The position numbers and the translations under genes are program-made. 64,000 nt of DNA from Octopus vulgaris (Eukaryota). Below are positions 24,248 to 38,649 of the stretch, piece by piece. The DNA lies in NCBI GenBank assembly GCA_951406725.2, contig OX597816.1, forward strand, positions 37,138,001-37,202,000, written 5' to 3'. The notes beneath the pieces are model-generated. The model was not told where the DNA came from. It did not search any database and saw only the letters and a list, made by a program, of their open reading frames with translations. How positions within the stretch are numbered: the first letter of the stretch is position 1; each line of letters begins with the position of its first letter.

Positions 24248-26199
24248 TTGGTCTCTTTGGTGTATATCGGGAAAGAACATAAACATTGTCGATAAAACTG
24301 AAAACCCCTTGGAATTCCAATGAAGCAGTTCTTTATATTACTTCTGACCAAGTTATGTACACATTGATGTCACTAACATCGCCAGCCATACGCTCAACGA
24401 GTGACTGACTTGCTGTGCTGGAAAACTGGTAACATGCATTACCCGCATTTAATAAGTGATATGAAACAGAACGAGTTCTACGCCATCTCTGATTGATTTT
24501 CTCTTAAAGACTGTTTTGAGCATATCGATAGTACCTTTCTTGTGTTTCTTGAATGTCCTGCACATGGATACGGAGATCACAAATAATGGAATGAGAACTT
24601 CCAATCTAAGGCTACTCCTACAGGGCCCGGGTAAATAACGCCAGGAAACTGAGATAAGTTATTACTCTCATACATTTGCATATACAAAAGTAATTCACGA
24701 CCGTATATGAGATTGTATAAAAGGCTGCATGTGTATGATGACGAAAGAATGAGGTAAAGAATGACGGAGTAAATCATTATACGCATATGAATATATACGT
24801 GTTTGTTTGTATATATTAATGTATTTTTGCGCATGTGTAAATGCAAGTATTTCTAAATTCATATATGTGGGCGTGTGTGCGTGAGTGTGTGTGCGTGCGT
24901 GTAGGACCATAAACATGTTTGTATAAGTTAATAAGATTCATCATTTATCTATTTTATATTTTTCAAATATCAAGAAAGTAAACTTGTTGACTCAAAAATA
25001 TAGATTTTTAAATGATGCAAAAAGATTTATTGGGTATGTTTGATATGAAATCAAAGAAACTTGGTGTCCAGTATTTAAAACTTTGAAATTACATTTATCT
25101 CATCAGCAATGCTACAGGCCTGGATTGCATGATTCCATGAAAGGAAAAATTCCATAGTAATTTGACAGAATAAATCTCTCAGACGAAATTGTTTTTGTTC
25201 CATTTGATCTTGTTATTTGACTTTTAATCAAATCATATTTCATAGCAATATCTTGTCATTTAATCTTACAATGAAGATTTCTAATTTTCTATGATATTTC
25301 ATTGGATGAATAATTTTGCAATCGCCAGATACTGAATAAAACTCTCCTGAATATTTCATTTTATTTCTTCACTTATTATACAATACATATTCCCCTGGCC
25401 ACTGATGCAAATAACTTGAGAGAGATAGAGAGGGGAATAGAAAGAGATGATGAATGAAAACAAAACTTCCATCAAAATAATTAGGGTAGCCATTTGAAAA
25501 AGGTTTCCGAATTAGCATATATATTGATATTTCGCTTAAACTTAAATGATGTTGAAATTTGTAGTCAGAAGATCAAATATTGCTTTGCCGTACTACAGTG
25601 CAATAAGGATGAGTTCTTTTATCGTTTCTCATTGCTTTTCTTTTTTTACTTCTTGCACTACCTCCACTCTGGGAGATCAACCTGGACTTCGGTTTAACTC
25701 ATGACTGTAAACAGAGATTAAGGTAAGATAGTATCACCGAAAGTAGATGACTGTACTTATTTGCAAACAGCGTAAGATAATAAACGACAATTTTGTTGTT
25801 ACGGCAGTATCTTTCTACTAAATTGCCGGATACTTCTACTTTCAAAACTACACATTTTAGCCATCGATATAATACAGTGATAGCAGATATTCTGATAAGA
25901 GTGGTGATTGTAATATTCATAAAAATATTTTTGTAGAAAATTTCGTAGTATTTTAGGATAATTCTTACTATATCTTCAGCAATGTAATTATAGGATAAAT
26001 CTCTACGGATGGGTGCGATCATTACACAGCGTAATCAAACCTTCATTCATGAAAATAGGATGATTATTAGCTTTATGTTGTACGTAATGGATATTTCTAT
26101 TACTTCTAAAATTCCGGACATATAAATTACATCTATTTATCTCTTTCATCTTGATAGATACGTATATATTCCCACATAAAAAAAAAAAAAAAAAAAAAC

Positions 26200-26250
<51 letters not shown>

Positions 26251-26264
26251 AATATATATATATA

Positions 26265-26646
26265 TCTCTCTATATAAACGGCAGTTTGTCTGTGCGTGTT
26301 TCTGTGTGTCTGTTTTCTCGTACCCTCACTCTGACCACGGCTTTCAACCGATTCTGATGAAACTTGACACACACATAGCCCAATGTCATAATTCAAAACT
26401 AACGCAGCGAAAATTTTGAAAAGTTCCCCCAGTTCTGAAAAAATCGATAAATTCGACATGGGGTCGAGAATTAGAAACCCAAACCACAGACCGTCTAGGG
26501 GACGCAACTCTACCTTTTTTAACTCTCAAAAAAAATTTACCATCATTTTTTTTCCATTTTTTTGCTATTTTTTGGCTATAACTCTCTAAAAATGCTTTAT
26601 AGTTATTTCCCTTACAAACCTGAGCAACGCCGGGCGATACTGCTAG
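26265..26646 (+). mobile_element. Non-autonomous Helitron-type element inserted A|T in (TA)n
   Basis: 5' TC start, CTGT-type repeats, AACCGATTCTGATGAAACTT motif, 3' hairpin CCTGAGCAACGCCGGG then CTAG|T. Confidence 0.75.
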
Positions 26647-26675
26647 TATACATATAAATATATATATATATATAT

Positions 26676-26730
<55 letters not shown>

Positions 26731-26980
26731 GAGACGGACGAGAGACTGAATCAGTAGCCCCTTTAGCATCTGAATGATATATAATCGTTTTTTTATGAAA
26801 ATGTTTTTAGATATTTTAAACACTATTCTTTCTATTTTGTTGTACATTTATCTTAATACATATATATATAAGTATATATATATATATATGTGTGTGTGTA
26901 TGTTTATGTATGTATGTATATATATAATATATAACCATGTATATTATATATACATTATATATATATATATAGACATAATG

Positions 26981-27015
<35 letters not shown>

Positions 27016-27069
27016 TCATACATATGTGACAATTCATATATATCTGACAATTAGTTGGTTGGCATAATA

Positions 27070-27128
27070 ATAAAACTCAGAGTTTCGGATACCGGGGCTG
27101 AAGTTTACTTCGGCATCTCATCAGTTAA
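27070..27128 (-). ncRNA. Hammerhead-like motif (variant/decayed) inside a fold-back element
   Basis: Minus strand CUGAUGA-GAUGCCG...CGGUAUC-C-GAAACUCUGAGUU. 7-bp stem II is present; stem I and the cleavage site are non-canonical. Confidence 0.55.
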
Positions 27129-27208
27129 TTTGTTTTCATAGCGTCGGTATCCGAACTCTGAGGTTTTATTATGACAGCCAATTAATTGTCAAGTAGTATA
27201 TTTATAGG

Positions 27209-27279
<71 letters not shown>

Positions 27280-28163
27280 ACATATATATATATACATATT
27301 ATATTTATAGATATATTCCTCTATTTTATATAATATCGAGCAGTAATTTCATAGCAATACGTTTCTGCACTAAATTCTTTTGTTGCCATATTATTATTAT
27401 TATTATTATTATTATCATCATATATATATATATATATATATATAAACAAATGATAGAGATGAGAAATGGAATATTCAAGAAACTTTATTGCACGCAACGA
27501 TCGTTTCGACCCGTTCTGCATCGATCCCTCGCGGGTGCGGTACTGCACACCTGGTTGTGGTTGGTACATTCCTCGATACAGAAGCACCGCGTCGGATCAT
27601 TTTATAAGGGGTTTCTCGTTAAACAAATCCTGTTTCGCTCTGTCTTAATACAGGATCTTGTTAGTGACCGCATATATGTATATGTATGTATTTATGTGTG
27701 TGAGTATCTGCGTGTGTGTATCTATGTGTAGACATCTATGTATCTTACGTAATGTATATCCACCTTCCTTAAGTCAGTTATTACTGCAGTATTTGCCCTG
27801 CGATAACATCTTTTAAGGACATGCTGAGTTAGAAACAGAATATATACCATAGAGAGATGAAAATTCGTCTCTCTCCTTATCTCTTGTTTCTGTAACAGAA
27901 ATCATTTGCACGTGATCAACTTGTTACCACAGCGAGATACCAACCTCTCTGCCAGCACACTTAGATTTATCTGCTCATAAAGTCAGTTTTGACTGTCCTT
28001 GAGTCTCATTAGAGTTACTTTGCCAGTCATTAAGATATGCTATTAAACCAAAAAGGGTTAGCTCACACCCTTCTACATTCGTACATGCATATTCATTTAC
28101 ATAGTGTATATATATATATAAATAAATTTGTATGTGAGTGTGTTTCTGTCTGTATATATCTAC

Positions 28164-28220
<57 letters not shown>

Positions 28221-28225
28221 GTCGT

Positions 28226-28602
28226 GGAGTCGCAATGGCCTAGTGGTTAGGGAAGCGGACTCACGGTTGTAGGATCGCGGTTTCGATTCCCAGACCGGGC
28301 GTTGTGAGTGTTTATTGAGCGAAAACTTCTAAAGCTCCACGAGGCTTCGGCAGGGGATGGTGGCGAACCCTGCTGTACTCTTTCACCACAACTTTCTCAC
28401 ACTCTCTCTTCCTGTTTCTGTTGTATCTGAATTTCAAAGGGGCTAGCTTTTCCCACTCTGTGTCCCTCTGAATTTCCCCGAGAACTACGTTAAGAGTGGA
28501 GGTGTCTGTGGAGTGCTCAGCCACTTGCATGTTAATTTGACGACCATGCTGTTCCATTGATCGGATCAACTGCTACCCTTGTCGTCGTAGCCGACAAAGT
28601 GT
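28226..28602 (+). mobile_element. SINE family A, diverged full-length copy
   Basis: Colinear with 61376-61764. Confidence 0.88.
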
Positions 28603-31600
28603 CACGATGCACAGTCACTGACACCTAGACAATGTTTGTTCACACATACACATATGCAGACATTCATACCCACGTACATCCACACAAACACAGATACAGG
28701 CATTCATACCCACGTGTACCCACACAAACATACATACAACCATCGTACTAGTGACGATTCCACTCGCTTCATAGCGTAAGGTCAAATCAAGAGGATTTAC
28801 ATAAATATTTATTTTACATACATCTGTATAAGTGTAACCCTATCAAAACGTTTCCTCATTTTTGCTCACATGAACGTGCACCTCTGCAGGCAACTCCACC
28901 AATCATTTTACTCTATCTACATGTATTCATTCAGCGTTTAGAGTATACACCCAACAGAACTAAAATAAGGCACTTTAAAAGCGTATAAGGTTTGTTCATT
29001 TAGACCTATATATTTCTATACAGAATGATATGACCGTTTACTTTTAATAACGCTACTATTGGGATACGTGCGATATTATCCATTCTATGATTATTTTCCT
29101 CAGATATATATATAGCATTACGTTATGGTAAACATATATATTATATAATTTCTTCTCTTCTAACGAAACTACAAAATATACATACCAATTATTGAAGGAT
29201 TGTACAATTTATGTAAACAACAATATAAGCTTCCTAATGATTACAATGAAACATTATAATTATATATTTTAGTAAATAATGGTTTGATATAACTAAATAG
29301 CCGCACATACTTACAGATTATTATGGAAATTACATTTTTTAGGTAAACAACTATATAATGAACCAGTAAAAATAATTAAAGAAAATTTTAATTACATTGT
29401 GAAGTAAATAAATAAAAGATTGATATATATCATTAACTATCGTATATTCTTTCTAAATTTCAGAAATGAGCTTTTAAGTCTATGGTGGATTGTTAAAATA
29501 ATCACATGATGTTTGTTGATGATGTTACCATTGCATAATATTATTTCTAGTGTTTCTTCAAGGCAAATACTACATGCTTTTCTGGTAATGCGTTATATAG
29601 GTATCCATTTCATATCACTACCTGAGTCGCACTATATTGTATCTTCTTCTGTTTGAGGACTCATAAAAGGTCTGCGAGGAATGTGCATTACCTTTTGCAA
29701 CTGTTCCTAAATGACTCTGTATGGTTCCACCAGCGAATCTTGAATCTGTTCGTCAATGTACCTCTTCATGACACATCCTCCACATACCTAAATATTTGAC
29801 TCTACAATATGTCTTCAATTATTTATTCAGTTTAATGTTTCATTACTTTACTTATTACGAACAAACCGTTTTTACAATAACAAAATGCATTGCACATTCA
29901 TCTACATAACTGTGTATGCTTTCATTATAAAATGTATAAAACATAAGTGCGCATGATAGGTGTCTACAGTTTTATTCTTCATGAAGAAAAGTTTTTATCT
30001 TTACCGGTATAACCATTTTTGTGATCTGCAAATTATTTATGTAGGAGACCCTTGATAATTGGAAATTTCTAAGTATATACTAAAGGGAATATTTACAGGA
30101 ATTCCCCAGACCCACAAAATGTTATAGCAGAACATTACACGATTCCTTCAGATACAAAGATCACATCTAGAAATACTATTTTTCTATAAGTAACACAGTC
30201 ATTTTATAATTATTAATGTTCGAATAATATAAATTCTATGTATAAATTTAAATTGTGAAAATTAGATTTATGATCCAAGACGGTTTTATCTTCTAAGAGG
30301 AGTATATACTCTTTACTTTATATCTTGAGGTTTTTCCGTTTGTAAGCACAAACGCTCATAATCTATATATTTCTCCTTATTATGTCGGGCAACGTCCAAA
30401 ACTATAGTTACAGAAGCTGAAAATTAAAACAATAGGCTTTCAATATTTCTGTAAAACAATTCTGACATTACATAAAAAAACAGTACTTTAGTTCTTCAAT
30501 TTAAAAGACCGAATGTCTAAACAAAGTACGATCAATCATATATTTCGACGAGAGGGATACAAATACCACCACGTAAAACATGTTAGTCTTCATATGTTGT
30601 AAAATCTATCAAAGTACGTAGCGCTGGAAAACTGAGTCTGATCCCAACTTGATGGAAGATTTTAAGTTTTGAATACCTTCCAATAATTCGCATGATATAT
30701 TACACAGCGATTCAAAAACGTATAAACTACAAACAAAATTTCATTTCACTAGCAAAACAAAAATTATATATGAAACGTACAAAAGTCAGCTTTCTGACTG
30801 TATCACCATTACTGTGTAATTAATTGAGAAATAACTTCTGGCTTAAAATTTGACGACAGAGTAGAAAATTTAACGATACCTGAACCTCGTATTACTTTTA
30901 AAGACTGCATGATTATTCCTTGGTTAAACACACATATAGACTAAATCCTGGGGGGAAAAAGGTAAAGTTAGTAGGTTGTAGTTTTAATCAGCGTAAATAT
31001 GTGCTTTTATATTTTCTTTTTTGTATGATTTGCAATTACACGGGTTGCAATATGAAATAAAATTTATCAAGATTACTGCCGTTATACTTATAGTTACAGA
31101 GAGGATAGGTTTGAGATCTTTAAGGACAATTAAGCCATTTCTTAATTTATGGAGTTATGTCCATTTATGTTGGTTTGTCTTCAAAGATAATGGATAATGC
31201 TTTTAAAAAAGAACTTAACTTTCCCATCATGGTGAGAAATTCGACTATCATTTCGTAAATGCGTAGTGAGGGGAGAAAAAAGATCGAAATTTATTTACAG
31301 CTCCCTCCTCTGGCTGACGATGAATTCTGCCCAAACTTTAAGGCAGCATCTGTCTAGTAATTCAAAGGATATTGCTTTAATTTTCAGCTTTAGTTGTGTT
31401 TATCTAGAACCACATAGATTCTGTTTAGTAAATTTCAATCTCAAGACTGCAGTAGAAGAGACATACTCGATTTACTGCACAGTGAAATTGAACTCAAAAC
31501 TACGTGTAGCGAAATTGTTAACCACACGAACATTCTAATTCATTCCTGGCTTTGTTTATAATGTTTTGCTCGAAAAAGAAATCCGATGTTTCTCTCTGCC

Positions 31601-32336
31601 AAAATATTCTGTCAGTTTCTATTTTCAAATTTACTATTTTTAATGAGACATATTCAAACGATACTATAGAAGGTAAAGTGTAGGATTTCAATGTTAATAC
31701 ACAAAACAAATTCAAGGTTGAGATGAATAAACCAACTGAATCAGGAAAGAAGGTATCCCAAAATAACGAAAATGATTGATATGAGTGCTGCTGTCGTTGT
31801 CGTTGTTGTTGTTGCTGTTACTAAAGTTTCTTTTTGCTGCCACTTCATATTTGGAAAAGATTAGACACAAATACCACTGATGATTTAGCTAGCCACCCTA
31901 CTGATTTTTTGACTATTTGCTGTAGCCGTTTATAGTATATATCATAATCGTACCGACAAGTTTAGCTTTTTGCAGTTCTTAGTTCGTCTTTAAACTGTGT
32001 CCAATCGGCAAATAAGTTCTAATTTGCTGTTTAAAAAGTTATTCGTTTACAGAATATTTGTTTACTTTATATAACTATTTAATCAATACTGTTAACTGAA
32101 TAAAGCCAGACAGACTAATGTAGAGCGTTTATCGAACAAGTGAATAAATTCAATATCCTCGACATTTCTATTTCAAGTTTATCGAGAAAAAATTCAATAA
32201 AATTGCAACATTATTACATTTCAGGAAATGAGCAATATATATAACATTTGTTGGAGTTTCAAATATATTCTCATGCGATGTAAATTATACATACAGATTT
32301 CACACATAGTTTACAAAAACTTTCTATATATAAAAT

Positions 32337-32399
<63 letters not shown>

Positions 32400-32730
32400 C
32401 GCACGATTTTCGATATCCACCCTAAAGTTTTCTAATTTCTCCAATAGGTCATCCATTTTAACTTTTCTAGTTTGGTACCTCTCCATATAAACAAATTATT
32501 CTCATTAAAGCTTACTGTCTTCATTACTGTACCAGTGCAAGTGTAAATCACAAGCGTGTGATTAAAAACCTCACTTCACAACAACGAGGCTCAGGCCAGT
32601 TCGCCAATGACTTTTTAATGGAATTTGTTTGACAGAAAACTATATAGTTCTTCGCGTATATATGAAGATATACATGCGAATGTGTTTGTGTGCTCGTTGT
32701 TATGTAGTGTCATAAACACACACACACACG

Positions 32731-32766
<36 letters not shown>

Positions 32767-33126
32767 ATGCTCTAATATCTATAAAGTCTTGGTTTTTTAT
32801 CTTATTACGCAAAAAATTCTTATATATATATATATATATGTTGCTGATTTTGTCGTTGTTATTATTATTATTATTATTTTTATTATTATTTACAGAATTT
32901 TCACTCATCGACTTTTCCCCATTTTACGCAGAAAACGCACGTTTGCTTTATAAAAACACCACTTGGAAATTAAATCTAATGGAAAAGTGCGCGTGGGTGG
33001 GTAGGTTGGTATAATTGTTTAGCACACTTATGGCGAATATAAGAGGTGTGGGTTCGGTTACCATACGTGCTAATACCCACTTTTATTCTGTCGATGGCTT
33101 ATGTGTTGTAATATTAATCTATTATA

Positions 33127-33345
33127 AAGCGGTGAGCTGGCAGAATCGTTAAGCATGCCGGACAAAATGCTTAGCGGTATTTCATCTGTCTTTATGTTTT
33201 ACGTTTCAATCCGCCGAGGTCGACTTTACCTTTCATTCTCTTGTGGTCGATAAAATAAGCGCCAGTCAAGTACCGTGTAGCCGATGTAACTGACTTATTC
33301 CCTCCCTGTAATTAGTGACCTTGTTCCAAAATTTCAAATCAATAT
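33127..33345 (+). mobile_element. SINE family B copy
   Basis: GCGGTGAGCTGGCAGAATCGTT...GTCGACTTTACCTTTCAT...GTCGATAAAATAAG. Confidence 0.8.
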
Positions 33346-33465
33346 TAGACTATTTTCTTTAGTCAATACATGTGTTGATCGCTTATAAGCTTTAAACTTT
33401 TTGTTAATTCTTATATATACATGTGTGTGTGTGTGTGTCTGTAAGTGTGTGTTAATTGTTAAGGC

Positions 33466-33539
33466 ACGGTTACTGATGAGGATTCGCCTAGCAAATTATT
33501 TTATTTGCTAAAAAAAATCTGAAACCTAGGTATAACCGT
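33466..33539 (+). ncRNA. Type I hammerhead ribozyme, intact core
   Basis: ACGGUUA-CUGAUGA-GGAUU...AAUCU-GAAAC-CUAG-GUA-UAACCGU. Perfect 7-bp stem I, 5-bp stem II plus inner hairpin UAGCAAAU/AUUUGCUA. Cleavage predicted after 33532. Confidence 0.9.
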
Positions 33540-33675
33540 AAACAATAACTATGTGAAAGTTTTTAATTTTCATTCCCTTCGAAAATTGCTCTTAAATGTG
33601 GTTTTGGTTGCTTTGACTGTTTCTAGTTTGTAAAATTACCTAATCAAGGTAATTTTCTCTTGTGTTCAAATGTAC

Positions 33676-33720
<45 letters not shown>

Positions 33721-33723
<3 letters not shown>

Positions 33724-33885
33724 TGGCTATGTGGTGAGAAGCTTGCTTAGCAACCGCATGGTTTCGGGTTCAGTCCCACTGCGTGGCATTTTGGGCAAGT
33801 GCCTTCCACTAGAGCCTCGAGCCGACCAAAGCCTTGTGAAGGGATATGGTAGACGGAAAAGTAAAGAAGCCCGTCATATATATAT
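33721..33885 (+). mobile_element. SINE family C 5' half
   Basis: Head through GAAGCCCGTC, ending at the internal (TA)n. Confidence 0.8.
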
Positions 33886-34244
33886 ATCGTTGTGTCTGGG
33901 GAGTGTAATTCTCTTTTAGTACCTTTTTATTTAATACACTTGCCGGTAAAGTTTTTATTTATTTTTCCTAAAACTTTCGTTGCATCTTGCAACCTGTTCA
34001 ATAGCCGTTGACCCTGTCCGTTATCCGAACTGCGTTCTTTATGTTTGTTTGTGCACATGTGTGTGGGTCAGTATGTGTGCGCATACACATGTATGGCAAC
34101 TCTTTTCACATGTAAGGCAATACATTTCAGGGATAGCATTGCCTGCCCCACATGGAGAAGGGCCTAGAAAATGTGGCTCAGAAAAAAGAAGCTCCTCACT
34201 TGCTCGATGGGGTGACCCAGTGAGTCATCCCCAAACATGCGGTC

Positions 34245-35005
34245 GAAGGCAAGCATCAAAATTGAAAAAGAAAAAGAAACTCTAGAAATTCATCCATGCA
34301 TGTTGGAATGTTCGCACCCTCCTCTATGACGTTTCACATGATGAGCCGGACACTCGACGACCACCGCGATGCACTGCTATTTTAGCCACCGAACTCAAGC
34401 GCTACAAAGTCGACATTACTGCACTCAGTGAGACTTGTTTCTCCAATGGGTTGGGTTCCCTCACTGAAGAAGCTGGTGGATAACCTTCTTCTGGAAAGGC
34501 CGTCCCTCTAGGCTGCCCCGTTTGCATGGGGCCGGTTTCGCAATCAAGAACAGCCTATTGCAGAAAATTCCTGGAGTACCCTCCTGTATCAGCGAACGTC
34601 TGATGACAATCCAAATCCCAACGCTCGACTCTGATGAAGAAATAAAGGACTTCTTCTATGATTCTCTGCACACTGCGTTTCGGAACATTCTCCCGATCGG
34701 ACAAGATCGTACTCATGGGTAACTTCAACTCCCGTGTTGGGTGTGACAAGACCACCTGGCAAGAGATCCTCGGTCCTCACGGCACAGGGAAAATGAACGC
34801 TAATGGACAGATGCTACTCACTTTCTGCTCCGAGTATGACCTGTGCATCACTAGCACCCTCTTTCAACAGAGGGACATTTACAAGACGTCATGGATGCAC
34901 CCACGTTCCCAAAAAAATGACATCTCCTTGACTACATCACTGTCCGTCGTCAAGACATGGACGATGTCCTCCACACTCACACAATGCGTGGAGCAGATTG
35001 CTGGC
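34245..35005 (+). pseudogene. RTE (BovB-like) LINE endonuclease fragment
   Basis: ACWNVRTL, RCTAILATELKRYKVDITALSET, FFWKG, HGAGFAIKN, SERLM, LMGNFNSRVG, KTSWMHPRS, LLDYITVRR, MRGADCW, with frameshifts. Confidence 0.9.
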
Positions 35006-35330
35006 GAAGGACTGCGTCTGCGCAGTAGATTTTTAAAAAATTAAGATGTGTAAACAAGGGGCACATAGTTGATCGCCTCGTGTTTATATACTCAATCTAA
35101 GGTGTTCCTGTTGAAAAAGATTTCACCTCGCGAGTAAAATGTATTTACTCGCTAAACTAAAATCAGAAACCAATTGGTCCAGGAAATTAGATGGTAAAAT
35201 GTTTTTATTTTTTCATTTCGTTCCTGTTGAATATTATCCCAAATGTTGTAGTTATAGAACCTAGGTGTTCTTTCTAGCGTGTTGAATCCCATGAGTGGAT
35301 TCCTTATGTGTTTAAATGTACACTGTATTT

Positions 35331-35361
<31 letters not shown>

Positions 35362-36172
35362 CTTTTATCCTTTCTCTTCTACTTCTTTCTGCCGTTTGAC
35401 AGCAGCCATTATTTTGTAAAATAAACACTACTTTATTACTTGAATATATTCTGATATTGTTGTTTGTACTTGTAGAATTACTTATAGAATTACTGACATA
35501 GGAATCCGTGGAATTGGAAAAAAGAACAATACATACATTGTTAACCGAGAACGTAAGTCGCGTACGTGTAACGAAATAATTATTTTCATTTTCTTTCTAT
35601 AAACACATTTCTATCAAAACTCATTACAAATTCCTGTATCTTTGTACGACTCAAAATTCAAATTTGAATTCAAATTACCGTTAAAATATTTTCCTTTCGG
35701 CTATTATTATTCTGAAGTGCCTCTCTAAGCTATTGTGTGTGTGGGGGGGTATGTGTGCTTAAGTTATCGTTCTTAATCCTTTCCACATTAATGTTTCTCC
35801 AGAAATTGTTGTTCTTACACGCTAAATATTGTTTTTCCTAAATATGGTACCAGCAGTACTGAAGGGAAGCGAAGAATGATAAAGTTCATATAAATATTTC
35901 AATTTTAAATTGAAATCTTAAATTTATAATGGTAATTTTCAACATACACTTACCCTTTTTATTCACCTAGACAAATAAATAAATCTTCCCAGTCGAGCGC
36001 GCAGCCACATACCACACACACAAAGAAATGCACACGTAAACACACACCCAAACATGCACTAACACATTGATTTTCATTGATATGTCAAAACATCAAAGTC
36101 ATTGTCTATCTTTTCCTTTTGTATAAACTAGGTGTTGTCAAAAAGTATCTGACCTTTGTCCAAAAGCAAGTA

Positions 36173-36646
36173 CCGTAAATCCTCGAGTATAATCCACATT
36201 TTTTCCCCAAAATTTAAAGGTCAAAATCCCTAGTGCGTATTATACACCAGTTTAAAAATGAAATTATTTTCTAAGCAATGTTCAACTCTCTATTTCCTGT
36301 CCGGTGATGTTTATTCAGATGCATTTTGTGATGTCGGGTGTGAAAATACCTTAAGCTAAGCCTTGAAAGCAATGAAGTCATAAAAGAACCATCCATAACT
36401 TGCAATTAGCAACATTTATTAAACGTTATTACTGTTATTTCTTTATTTTCTGCAAACAAAATGCACAAAAAGCTACACGTTGCATTATGTTATATACACA
36501 ATAATAATAATGGACGTTACCGTATACAATTTTACAAAGCAAGGACGTTATATAGACCTCCTTGGTTTAGGTTTTTCAGAGGTAAAACCCCCTAAAAATC
36601 CCCTGCGTATTATACTCAAGGGCGGATTATACTCGAGGATTTACGG
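36173..36646. mobile_element. Tc1/pogo-type MITE with perfect 23-bp TIRs and TA TSD
   Basis: TA|CCGTAAATCCTCGAGTATAATCC ... GGATTATACTCGAGGATTTACGG|TA. Confidence 0.9.
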
Positions 36647-36727
36647 TAATATGAAAAAGTATTCACCTTGGTAGTCTACACTGTGCTTGCGTATCCTTAA
36701 GTTTTTGACAGAATTTGATACAGTATC

Positions 36728-37160
36728 AAGGCGGGAACTGGCAGACATGTTAGCACGCCGGGTGAATTGTTTAGCGGTGTTTCTTCTGTGTTTACGTTCT
36801 GAGTTCAAATTCCGCTGAAGTCGACTTTGCTTTTCATCCTTTCGAGGTCAATAAATTAAGTACCAGTTACGCACTGGGATCGATCTTATCGGCTTAATCC
36901 CTTTGTCTGTCCTTGGTTGCCCCCTCTATGTTTAGCCCCTTGTGGGCAATAAAGAAATAAGAAACGTTAGCACGCCGGGTGAATTGTTTAGCGGTGTTTC
37001 TTTTGTCTTTACGTTCTGAGTTCAAATTCCGCCGAAGTCCACTTTGCCTTTCATCCTTTCGGGGCCGATAAATTAAGTACCACTTGCGTACTGAGATAGA
37101 TTTAATCGACTGGCCGCAACCCTACAAATTTCGGGTCTTGTGTTTAAAGTAGAAAAGAAA
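36728..37160 (+). mobile_element. Dimeric SINE family B with 18-bp TSD
   Basis: Two tandem monomers (the second starts ~36961). TSD AGAATTTGATACAGTATC at 36710-36727 and 37161-37178. Confidence 0.9.
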
Positions 37161-38112
37161 AGAATTTGATACAGTATCTTTGCTCAATGTGCTCAGTCAT
37201 CTTGGCTAAAACAAAAAAAAAATCGCACAGTACACTCTTAACGTCTGTGCTCAACGCGTCACTGCGGGCAAATGGTGCAACCTTCAGACACTAAATTTTT
37301 TGTGCATGCACAGAATGGATGCGGCCACGTAATACCCTTGTCGATTTTGCTCACTCGCGCGTTATTATTTTGTGCAAAAGAAAATCAAGGTCGGATACGT
37401 TTTGACTACAGGAGAAAATACAGAGAACAAGGTAAAATTAGTAAATATAATTTAAAGAAATTCTTTTGTGTCTGGAGAAAATCATTTTCTTATGGTGCCT
37501 TATAATTTAACACAATCACCGGTAAAATTTCCACTTGCAACCTTTTCAATAGTCGTTGACTCTGTCCGTTACTCACACTGCGTTCCTTTTTGTTTGTTTG
37601 TGCGCATGTATGTGGATCAGTGTGTGTATGTGTGTGTGTGTGTGCCTGTACATGCATGCATATATGTATGCATGTGTGTGTATGTAAGTATGTGTGCGCA
37701 TATGTCTCTAGCTATGTGCGTACATTTGTCTGTAAGTATTCTGCATATTCATGTATTTGCATGTCCGTGTCTGTGTGTGTTTTATGTATGTGCCTGTGTG
37801 TGTGTGTGCGTGTGTTTTTATATGTGTGTGCATACCACTGTCTCCTTGTCTGTGCATGTCTGAGTGTTTGCGTGTCTGTTTTACAACTATGTACTGTGTA
37901 TGTATGCATAGATGTGCATCTCCATATGTGTGGACCTGTGTCTCCGTATGTGTCCTTGTGTGAAGTAAAGTGTGTGTGTATATATGGTCATGTGCTTCAG
38001 TCTTCATTTGTGTATGTCTGCTTATCTGTTCATATAACCTATGTAACTATCCGTCTGTATGTTGATTTGTTTAATTTCATATCCATATCCATCCATACAT
38101 GTGCAAATACAC

Positions 38113-38150
<38 letters not shown>

Positions 38151-38649
38151 TCATACACCCCACACACTCATAAAAATATTAGTTAAATTGATTTCAATCG
38201 TGTTTTGTTTTGGAGAAATTTTATAAGGCTTGAACTTTCATTATAGTAGTATCTATGGAAAACAGGCGGGATTATTATTTAAATAGACATAAAGATTGGT
38301 CGCAACTTAGTATATAATTTAGTTATTGCAGTTTACTATTAATACCGATACAATGTACATTGGTTTATATGTCTCTTTGTTGTAGTTTTATTAAAGTTAG
38401 CGCTTAAACCTGCCTATGAATTGATTGATTCAAATAATGTGGTTACTAAGCTTTTACTTTTATATTATACTACGGAAGACGGTAGGGATTATAAATTTTG
38501 TATGACTTAATAGAGTTGCCACTGTGTAATTACGTACTTAGAAGTGGTTGCAATTTACTTATTGAATTTATTTATCGATACGGTTGTACATAGGGTAACT
38601 GTGTTTGAAAGTTGTGGTTTCTTTGGTTTCTTCGTTCCCAAACAGCACT

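Noticed and set aside
24510-24630. Possible plus-strand 121-nt exon with one open frame
   Set aside because: Weak AAG acceptor, no recognisable protein and no partner exons.
25930-28025. Further hammerhead-like remnants (~25930-25985, ~27495-27510, ~27975-28015; also ~13875-13892 and ~39340-39385)
   Set aside because: Core or stems are broken; not supportable as ribozymes.
29755-29787. Minus-strand GMWRMC, resembling the claudin/PMP22 GLWxxC motif
   Set aside because: A stop follows within a few codons and no transmembrane-coding exons were found nearby.
33000-33085. Functional tRNA gene (also 10905-10990)
   Set aside because: Acceptor and D stems are disrupted, and the two diverged copies share downstream sequence, consistent with a SINE head or pseudogene.
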